64,000 bases of DNA from positions 89,851-153,850 of IMG/VR virus record IMGVR_UViG_3300027754_000045. One strand, 5' to 3'. Position 1 is the stretch's first letter. Each line of letters begins with the position of its first letter. The position numbers were made by a program, and so were the translations under genes. Below are positions 57,312 to 63,935 of the stretch, one piece after another. Origin of the DNA: a virus. Below the pieces are notes generated by a model. The model was not told the origin of the DNA. It saw only the letters and a list, made by a program, of their open reading frames with translations, and did no database searches.

Positions 57312-57727
57312 AATACTTTCTCCTGTAATCCTAAACCTATTTTCTGATTCAATACATTCTGTTTCATCCAACGACTCCTAACAATGAACCGAATCACGGC
57401 AGGAACTAGACGCTTGCCCTTTGTGCCGCACTCTGTGTCAAGCATGATCCAGTCCCTTTCCTTGCCAATACAGCCCCACAATTCTTTGATGGTGTAGCGA
57501 TTAGTATAGAATCTGCCTTCTTCTGCCATGTCCATGATGTCAACATACCAAACGCCACCTTGCAGAATGGCATGACCACGATAGAAGGTGTAGTCCCATA
57601 CGCCATACTCATCAGGTTGCTCTGCCCTTTTCTGATAAGTCCATTGCCATAGATCATCATGTTGTTTTACACGATTGGCTTGAAATTCATCGCCACACTT
57701 CAGAGTCTTTATGATACGGTCTTTCAT
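57305..57727 (-). CDS. Hypothetical protein (WQW motif)
   Basis: ATGA overlap. Confidence 0.7.
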   Translation of the reverse strand: MKDRIIKTLKCGDEFQANRVKQHDDLWQWTYQKRAEQPDEYGVWDYTFYRGHAILQGGVWYVDIMDMAEEGRFYTNRYTIKELWGCIGKERDWIMLDTECGTKGKRLVPAVIRFIVRSRWMKQNVLNQKIGLGLQEKVLC

Positions 57728-58104
57728 GTTGGCTCTTTGTAGTCTGTTATGATGTCTGATATGCTACATTGTCGGATTATATCTTCCACGGCTTGGGTTG
57801 GAGTCGTGCCGTGTCCCACTATGCCTTTGAATGTGTCTTTCAAACACGCATCACGCTTACGCTTCGCAATGTAGGAAACACTCTCTTGTATACGCATAAA
57901 CATCATAAATTCCGTATTCTGTCCTGTGCTTTCAGAGATAAGCCACTCAAGATGGTTCACCGCACTTTCTTTGGTTGTACCATGTCCGACTAGATCATCG
58001 TGCTGTAGCGACAGGGCAAGGAATGTGGTAACCTTTACGATATCAAAACCGTAGGTGGCACTATAAACATTGTCATCAGGATATGGGTAGGATTTGTCGA
58101 TCAT
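57724..58104 (-). CDS. Protein with two HicB-like motifs
   Basis: LVGHGTTKESAVNHL and IVGHGTTPTQAVEDI. Confidence 0.65.
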   Translation of the reverse strand: MIDKSYPYPDDNVYSATYGFDIVKVTTFLALSLQHDDLVGHGTTKESAVNHLEWLISESTGQNTEFMMFMRIQESVSYIAKRKRDACLKDTFKGIVGHGTTPTQAVEDIIRQCSISDIITDYKEPT

Positions 58105-58268
58105 TTGAACGCCTCTTGCAACTGAATGTACTTCCATTCTTCGCCGCCCAGTCTGTCATGCCAACACACTTCTTCTACGGCTTCCTGCGTAGGGTAGGCA
58201 GAGTGGGGTTGCCATTCTCCCCAAATACGGCTCTGCTCGTCTAGTCTGCGAACTAATAATAAAAACAT
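58101..58268 (-). CDS. Small hypothetical protein (55 aa)
   Basis: TAATG and ATGA overlaps; GAAAGG RBS. Confidence 0.6.
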   Translation of the reverse strand: MFLLLVRRLDEQSRIWGEWQPHSAYPTQEAVEEVCWHDRLGGEEWKYIQLQEAFK

Positions 58269-58570
58269 TATTTGCCACCTTTCTTGTTAAGTTGTTGGTC
58301 TAGATCATGTAGTGCGCCTTCACGAGTATCGCCACGACCTACGCAGTCGTTTTCACCGTCTTGAAATGCCACCCACCAACGAGATTCCGACAAGCGTATC
58401 TTGCAGTCTTGCCATACGATCTCGTCCATTGAGTTGCGATTGTACTCCCTGACGGCTTGGCGCAGATTGGCTTCGGCTTCCGACGAAGTGCCGCCTGTGC
58501 CAACCAAGCCATCTTCCTGTCGTGCTTCGAATACAATGTGTTCTAGAATGTGTTTTTGTGCAGTTGTCAT
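58268..58570 (-). CDS. Protein with two HicB-like motifs
   Basis: LVGTGGTSSEAEANL and CVGRGDTREGALHDL. Confidence 0.65.
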   Translation of the reverse strand: MTTAQKHILEHIVFEARQEDGLVGTGGTSSEAEANLRQAVREYNRNSMDEIVWQDCKIRLSESRWWVAFQDGENDCVGRGDTREGALHDLDQQLNKKGGK

Positions 58571-58618
58571 ATTAGTGTAACGCTTTCTTTGTTGGAGTGT
58601 GACAGAATAAAATTAAAA

Positions 58619-59068
58619 TTATCCGTTTTGCTCATAAGAGTTGTGGTGAAGGTGAAGTTCGGTGCGCCAATCGTAGGTGGCAGGGTCGTTACCGTCCCAA
58701 TGACCGTCATTAACAGTAACACCACAGCGACGATCCATGAGTTGGGCTTCCTGTTGGGCTTCAGAGCCATCATAGGGATTAACAGAATAAAAGTCTGCGA
58801 GTCGGCGTGTGGACTCCTCTTGATTCAGGATCATGGTGTCACCTTCTACCTCTGCCACCGCAGTCCACATGAGGCGGCAACAAGCCATGTCTAACTCGTC
58901 GGTAAACCAATAGAGTACATCACGAAACAGGCGATCTGTGCCGAATCGAAATACCGCTTTGCAGTATCCGTCACCATCATGTCCTGCTGAGTGCAGGGGA
59001 CGAAGGCGAGCATTGCGTGAGGCAAAGGTCTGGGCGAAGTCAGAGTATTGTGAGAGTGTTGGAGTCAT
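58619..59068 (-). CDS. Hypothetical early protein
   Basis: AAGGA RBS before MTPTLSQ; alternative start 59104. Confidence 0.7.
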   Translation of the reverse strand: MTPTLSQYSDFAQTFASRNARLRPLHSAGHDGDGYCKAVFRFGTDRLFRDVLYWFTDELDMACCRLMWTAVAEVEGDTMILNQEESTRRLADFYSVNPYDGSEAQQEAQLMDRRCGVTVNDGHWDGNDPATYDWRTELHLHHNSYEQNG

Positions 59069-59118
59069 TGTGTTCCTTGAGTGGGGTGCGATTTTGGCGA
59101 ACATTCGCCGTTTTGAGC

Positions 59119-59147
59119 ATCTTAACCGCAGTTTGCCCCTTTGTCAA
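59119..59147 (-). promoter_or_regulatory. sigma70 promoter
   Basis: TTGACA-17-TAAGAT. Confidence 0.7.
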
Positions 59148-59194
59148 GTGGTAAATGAAGATTTTTAAAAGATTTTTAAGGTGTCAGACTGTAT

Positions 59195-59242
59195 AAAGTG
59201 GGGCAGTATGGGGCGAAGTGGGGGTGTGGGATAATATGTGGA
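59195..59242 (+). repeat. 10-bp-phased TGGGG repeats
   Basis: TGGGG at 59199, 59209 and 59219; TGGAG at 59239. Confidence 0.8.
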
Positions 59243-59269
59243 GTTTTAGCCGAAAATAGGGGTAAGAGT

Positions 59270-59436
59270 CTGAGGGTCAACTCGCAGCCCCTAGCAGCCC
59301 TCTCAGAGGCTCTCAGATGCCCTCAGAAGCGTCCGTAGCCTTTTTCCCGCCCTCAGCACCCCTCAGCCCTGCAACGCCGCCCTGCGGCTTTAGATACGCT
59401 CTGCCACGATCTGAGGAATCTGAGAAATCTGCGAAA
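59270..59436. repeat. Helically phased CTCAG/CTGAG repeats
   Basis: CTCAG at 59302, 59312, 59322, 59352, 59362; CTGAG at 59270, 59411, 59420; CTGCG at 59429. Confidence 0.85.
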
Positions 59437-59452
59437 TTATTTAAAATTTCTC

Positions 59453-59480
59453 TTGACTTCCCCAAATTCCGCTGTATACT
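59453..59480 (+). promoter_or_regulatory. Lone + strand sigma70 promoter
   Basis: TTGACT-16-TATACT with an AT-rich upstream element. Confidence 0.65.
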
Positions 59481-59596
59481 GTGAGCAGACGCAGAAGTGC
59501 TACGGCTGTCCTCTGAGCGCACCGAGTTATCGGACTCCGTGGCGGCAGGGGGCGACTATCAACATTCGAGTCCGATAACTCGAATAATAATAAAAT

Positions 59597-59643
59597 AAAA
59601 AAGCCTCATCTCGGTGGCTCTAAGTCAGAGTCGGATGAGGCTT
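59597..59643 (-). terminator. Rho-independent terminator
   Basis: AAGCCTCATC..GATGAGGCTT stem plus T6. Confidence 0.75.
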
Positions 59644-59817
59644 GGGCAGGTGTGGCAGACACTCGCCTGAACTGGGATTTATACCCCGCCTGACGATTTT
59701 CCCCCTGTTGAGGGTACTTGGCGAAACAACGCAGGGTGAACAGGTGTTGCTGACACCCATGACAGAGCAGATAGGTGTTGTTTATAAGCACTCACCTACA
59801 AGGTTTTTGTATTCGTG

Positions 59818-60141
59818 TCATTTGCCGACCCTCACAGTATAGTATCCCACAGGATAATTCTTCTTTGCACAGGCTGTTCCGATATAGAACCAACCCTGAT
59901 CCCATGAATCAGACTCCTCAGCCAATACCGCATCGGCTGGCATGATCTCCTGATTCACCGTCATGTGAACCATCATAGCCGTCTTGAGGGACTTGTCCGA
60001 GATAGGCTTGCCACAGCAATGGCATTGCTGCTTCGTGACCCTCTTATGAACAGCGTACTCCTGCGCTCTAGAAGGACGCTTGGCAGGGACGCAGACGATA
60101 AGGTTTCCGTTGATGTCTTTGAGTGTTGGGTGAGTTTGCAT
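59818..60141 (-). CDS. Putative zinc-binding early protein
   Basis: CHCCGK..IGTAC. Confidence 0.7.
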   Translation of the reverse strand: MQTHPTLKDINGNLIVCVPAKRPSRAQEYAVHKRVTKQQCHCCGKPISDKSLKTAMMVHMTVNQEIMPADAVLAEESDSWDQGWFYIGTACAKKNYPVGYYTVRVGK

Positions 60142-60226
60142 ACTGTTAGAACGCTTTCGTTAGAGGATTGTGACAGCAATTCCGAAACATTTCCAAAGGG
60201 GCTGGCAAACGCTGCCATCCCCCAGT

Positions 60227-60255
60227 AGTATACACCATGTTCAGGTGGTTGTCAA
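60227..60255 (-). promoter_or_regulatory. sigma70 promoter
   Basis: TTGACA-17-TATACT with extended -10 TG. Confidence 0.85.
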
Positions 60256-60370
60256 GTGAGAAATTAAATTATTATTGTAGCGTCTGATAACTTCAGCCGT
60301 CCCATAACTCCCCTGCGACTATCAACTTTTCGCCGCCGAGTCCGATAACTCTGGCGAAATAATAATAAAT

Positions 60371-60404
60371 AAAAAACCCCCCTGCTGTTTTACGAGCAGG
60401 GGGG
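60371..60404 (-). terminator. Rho-independent terminator
   Basis: CCCCCCTGCT/AGCAGGGGGG stem plus T6. Confidence 0.9.
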
Positions 60405-60431
60405 TCAGACCTTTTAAAGATCGTCGAGGGG

Positions 60432-61403
60432 TCAGGCGTTCACCGCCATCCACGCTTCAGCCTGAGCGTAGGCTTTCTGCTTGATGTTCGAGCCTACCCC
60501 GAACAGGTTAGACTCCATGCGAAGGCTGTCATTGCTGTCCTCGCCCTTCACAGTACGCTCATGGTCGCACCATTGCGTCACCGCATTCACCGCTGCCCAA
60601 AGTGAACCCGCAGACTTCACGCTTGTCTGCTTGGTGTCCACCCAAAGGTTGGTACGCCACGCATCGAGAACCTGCTCGTAGCGTGTATTGCCACGACCCT
60701 GTGCCTTTGGCGTTCCGTTCATGCTGTTGTACACTTCTTGGAAGAAGGTATCAGCACTAGCCGTAGTCACTTCACGCTGTGCCAAACTGTTGCAGAACGA
60801 ATTGAAAGATGCTGCCTGACCCATTCCTGCTTCCACCCATTGCTGAATCATGGCAAACCTTGCTTTGCTGCCTGATCCGTGGCGAATTGATGCAGTATCA
60901 ATGCTGCCCTTCATACCCGCCAACGCCATCATGTAGGTGTTTTGGCAGATAATACGAACCGAGTTCAAGCCACCTGTGGTAGCCTGTGTGCAGTCATGGC
61001 TAGTGCCAAGAAAGAACCGATTCGATACGGTGTCACGCTCATCGCCGCCGATGTTGCACTCGCCAAGATCAACCTGAAAGAACACACGCTTGCCGCCATT
61101 GAGTGAACCAACCTGAACGCAACTAGTACCACTAAAGTTAGTGATTTCATAGCACAATTCGGCAAGTTCATGGTTTTGGATGCTAGTGTAGCCATCCTTA
61201 GCCACCGCAAACACCGAGCCTGTGTCCTCACGAACGATGGCACGATAATCGCCACCGCTGAACGCAGCACCATCCGCACCACACGCCACGATGGGAAGAG
61301 TAGCCACAGTCCAATCCAAACCCGCCTTCTTCATGATTGAGATGGGGTCAGCGGTGAGGGTGGAACGGTCAGCATCAGTAACATTGTAAAGTTGAATCGA
61401 CAT
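60432..61403 (-). CDS. DUF932 (TIGR03299 phage/plasmid-like) protein
   Basis: AGLDWTV, Y..IQN, GSLNGGKRVF, SHD, VRIICQNT, IRH, GSLWAAVNAVT..DH. Confidence 0.9.
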   Translation of the reverse strand: MSIQLYNVTDADRSTLTADPISIMKKAGLDWTVATLPIVACGADGAAFSGGDYRAIVREDTGSVFAVAKDGYTSIQNHELAELCYEITNFSGTSCVQVGSLNGGKRVFFQVDLGECNIGGDERDTVSNRFFLGTSHDCTQATTGGLNSVRIICQNTYMMALAGMKGSIDTASIRHGSGSKARFAMIQQWVEAGMGQAASFNSFCNSLAQREVTTASADTFFQEVYNSMNGTPKAQGRGNTRYEQVLDAWRTNLWVDTKQTSVKSAGSLWAAVNAVTQWCDHERTVKGEDSNDSLRMESNLFGVGSNIKQKAYAQAEAWMAVNA

Positions 61404-61463
61404 TAGTATCTCCTGAAAGAGTTGAGTGAGAAGTGTCAGAAGGAACTTCCTGCTGACTCACAC

Positions 61464-61493
61464 AGTATAACGCATTCGGGGATTGAATGTGAC
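61464..61493 (-). promoter_or_regulatory. Early promoter, second class (GTCACA-18-TATACT)
   Basis: GTCACATTCAATCCCC..CGTTATACT. Confidence 0.75.
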
Positions 61494-61636
61494 TGTGTGT
61501 GAGATTATTTTTTATTTTTTCTTGTCTATTATTATACAGGAACATCTAGTCCGATAACTTGTGCCGAGTCCGATAACCCCTGTGACTATCAACACACCGC
61601 TCCTGAGTCCGATAACTCGGTCTTGGGCGGGGCAGC

Positions 61637-61671
61637 AAAAAACCCCCCTGCCCTGTTGGGGGCAGAGGGGT
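61637..61671 (-). terminator. Rho-independent terminator
   Basis: GC stem plus T6. Confidence 0.85.
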
Positions 61672-61705
61672 GGTCACACCCGTGATCTTTTCCGATCCTC
61701 CTAGT

Positions 61706-62179
61706 TTACTTCTTGATGTACTCCGTGATGTACCCGCTGATTGTGCCGTCACCGTTCACAATGCCCTTGCCATAGGCTTCGATCAGCCAAGCCATTGCTT
61801 CTCCGATCTTGTTCAACTGCTCCACATTGAGCGTGTTCATGAACTCCTTTGCCGCCCATGCCGTCATCTCATCACCGCTGTGGCTGAACACAACCAATTT
61901 CATTCCAATATGGGAACTATAGAACTCAGGGAAAATCTCCATCGAGATGTTCTCAGGTGAACCGTCGAATGTCTTACCAAACAACTCATTCTCAGGATCA
62001 CAGGCAAATTTGAACCCATCCTGATTAGCGTTATCCTTCAACAGCAACTCATCGCCTACTTCGTGATCCGAACCATCCAAGAAGAATGGAGATTCGAGCA
62101 GGTTGACCACATGGTTGTACATTCGTGAAGCGATTGACTTCTTGTTTGCCATAGTATTGATGTCTGTGAGAGAGAACAT
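61706..62179 (-). CDS. Hypothetical early protein
   Basis: GAAAGG RBS before MFSLTD. Confidence 0.75.
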   Translation of the reverse strand: MFSLTDINTMANKKSIASRMYNHVVNLLESPFFLDGSDHEVGDELLLKDNANQDGFKFACDPENELFGKTFDGSPENISMEIFPEFYSSHIGMKLVVFSHSGDEMTAWAAKEFMNTLNVEQLNKIGEAMAWLIEAYGKGIVNGDGTISGYITEYIKK

Positions 62180-62231
62180 TAGTAGCCTTTCTGAAAGAGG
62201 AAGTGAGCGGCAACACCTTGTTGCCTTCATC

Positions 62232-62261
62232 AGTATAACGATTATGGGGATTGAATGTGAC
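62232..62261 (-). promoter_or_regulatory. Early promoter, second class (GTCACA-18-TATACT)
   Basis: Same conserved block as 61464-61493. Confidence 0.75.
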
Positions 62262-62344
62262 ACCGCATATAAAAAAAAATAAAATTATTATCGAGTCCTA
62301 TAACTTCCAGAGTCCGATAACCCCATGGTGACTATCAACAAGCC

Positions 62345-62374
62345 AAAAAAATGTCCCCCCCCGAAGGGAGGGAC
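62345..62374 (-). terminator. Rho-independent terminator
   Basis: GC stem with TTCG loop plus T7. Confidence 0.85.
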
Positions 62375-62394
62375 GAGGCGAACCTCTTTGTTGC

Positions 62395-62724
62395 TTATTG
62401 CACACAGTCTTCATCATCCAAGTCCTCGACGGCTTCGTCGAGTTCTCCAAGCACCTTTGTTGCAGGTTCGACACTCCAACGGCTTGGTCGCTCTGCACGG
62501 TACTTGATTCGCTCAATCATCATTTTCGCCTTCTCAATCTGACACTCCAACAGGTCAATCTTGTCCTGCTGCTGACGCAGCACCACCCAAGCGTGAGCCT
62601 TCGCATTCTCGTGACGCTTGATCTTGTCCTCCATCTCCTCCTGTGTGGAGGAATCGGTGAAGAACGGAACGATTACGACAGGCTCGACGGTGGTGACGGT
62701 TGTGATTTGAATGTAGTCTTGCAT
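62395..62724 (-). CDS. Hypothetical coiled-coil protein
   Basis: AAGGA RBS. Confidence 0.7.
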   Translation of the reverse strand: MQDYIQITTVTTVEPVVIVPFFTDSSTQEEMEDKIKRHENAKAHAWVVLRQQQDKIDLLECQIEKAKMMIERIKYRAERPSRWSVEPATKVLGELDEAVEDLDDEDCVQ

Positions 62725-62785
62725 TTTGGTTTCCTTTATGGAAGAAGTGGCGGAGCAGCCCCGTGGCTTACTCCGCCCACCCTCT

Positions 62786-63040
62786 TTAGTCCTTTTCCTT
62801 GAATGTGTTGTTCGCCATGAACACCTGAAGTGATGGCAACGCCTGAATCAAACGCTCCCATTGTCCCTTGTACAGCGTGACAGGGAAACGACCCAAGCCG
62901 TAGACGCTTAAAGCACCCTTCTCAGACACCTTGAAGCCGATTGGCTTGAAGTTTGTTGCCGCCTTGAGAGCAGCGTTCTCCACCGCCGCTGCCTTGAGAG
63001 CAGCGTTCTCCGCCATTAACTGTTGTAATTGATCAGACAT
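62786..63040 (-). CDS. Conserved small protein (KVSEKGALSVYGLGRFPVTLY family)
   Basis: GAAAGG RBS; ENAALKAA duplicated with a 30-bp period. Confidence 0.8.
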   Translation of the reverse strand: MSDQLQQLMAENAALKAAAVENAALKAATNFKPIGFKVSEKGALSVYGLGRFPVTLYKGQWERLIQALPSLQVFMANNTFKEKD

Positions 63041-63093
63041 TTGTAACCTTTCATAAAGAGTTGAGTGAGGGTCAGCACCTTGCTGACTTCATC

Positions 63094-63123
63094 AGTATAA
63101 CGACTTCGGGGATTGCGTGTGAC
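63094..63123 (-). promoter_or_regulatory. Early promoter, second class (GTCACA-18-TATACT)
   Basis: GTCACACGCAATCCCC..CGTTATACT. Confidence 0.75.
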
Positions 63124-63206
63124 ACCGTGCCTGTAAAAAAAATAAAATTATTATCCAGTCCTATAACTTCCAGCGTCCCATAACTCGTGGTGACTATCAA
63201 CATCCC

Positions 63207-63244
63207 AAAAAAAATCCCCCCCGCCAACATACGGCGGGAGGGAT
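63207..63244 (-). terminator. Rho-independent terminator
   Basis: GC stem plus T tract. Confidence 0.85.
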
Positions 63245-63307
63245 CAGGGGGTTGTCGGTGGGGGGAGGGGGGGCGGCTACGATGCCGTGCCCCCCTGCCT
63301 GACACCA

Positions 63308-63691
63308 TTAGGCGATGGTTCGCAGACCCTGTGACCAAGCCACCAAGCGGCGGCTTGAGCCGTTCTCGACACGCAAGTGTCGTCGCTTCATGCGACTTAG
63401 TGGGTCGCTCTGCGGTGCGCCTACGAGCAGGTCAATACCTGCCCACTCGCTTCTATAGCGAGAGCCAAATTGGGTGCGAGCAGCCGCCTTGAGAGCGGAT
63501 CGGAAGATGTTGCCTCGTTGAGCAACCATTGTGCAAGCCCATGCGAGGCTGTTTGCCTCGTCTGAATCCAACTTTCTTGGCTGAACAACAATGTGAGCGG
63601 CAAATTCGCCCACAAGAGTGAGGCGGTGAAACGCCTCTTGGTTAGGGGTGCGGAAGGGGTTCGGACGGTTGTTGAGATTGAGTAGTGTCAT
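63308..63691 (-). CDS. Hypothetical early protein
   Basis: Leaderless ATG 6 nt after TACAAT. Confidence 0.7.
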   Translation of the reverse strand: MTLLNLNNRPNPFRTPNQEAFHRLTLVGEFAAHIVVQPRKLDSDEANSLAWACTMVAQRGNIFRSALKAAARTQFGSRYRSEWAGIDLLVGAPQSDPLSRMKRRHLRVENGSSRRLVAWSQGLRTIA

Positions 63692-63697
63692 GTCACC

Positions 63698-63727
63698 ATT
63701 GTAACGCAATTGGGGATTGAATGTGAC
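63698..63727 (-). promoter_or_regulatory. Early promoter, second class (GTCACA-18-TACAAT), leaderless
   Basis: Same conserved block. Confidence 0.75.
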
Positions 63728-63923
63728 GCAGGGTCAAATAAAAAAAATAATAATGGGGGGTGTCCTGTCCGAACAGTAAAATGGGTTATGGGACTCCCAA
63801 CGAGCCTCTGGGGCTAGCACACAGACTCGCAAGTGGCAAAGGACGGCAAACCACGCAGACCCCCCATCCCCATACCCCCCTATTTGATTTTCATGGATCC
63901 CCCTCTGGAAATTTTTTTTTTTT

Positions 63924-63931
63924 TATAAATA
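63924..63931 (+). promoter_or_regulatory. T4-type late promoter TATAAATA
   Basis: 4 nt before GTG 63936. Confidence 0.7.
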
Positions 63932-63935
63932 TATC

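Larger units (their letters stand above)
59523..63794. repeat. Dispersed intergenic arrays of GTCC(G/C/T)ATAAC and GACTATCAAC boxes
   Basis: Clusters at 59523-59582, 60282-60349, 61549-61616, 62295-62339, 63158-63201 and 63785-63794; related cluster at 44323-44408. Confidence 0.95.

Noticed and set aside
59523-63201. Mini-CRISPR reading of the GTCCGATAAC arrays
   Set aside because: Repeats of 10-13 bp and gaps of 6-13 bp are too short
59313-63492. Track ORFs crossing regulatory modules (59313-59522, 61546-61752, 62298-62516, 63072-63338, 63187-63492)
   Set aside because: They overlap terminators, box arrays or promoters, lack an RBS, and are low-complexity
61488-63727. CRP sites at the repeated TGTGAC
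   Set aside because: There is no TCACA half-site at 6-bp spacing; the position fits a -35 element
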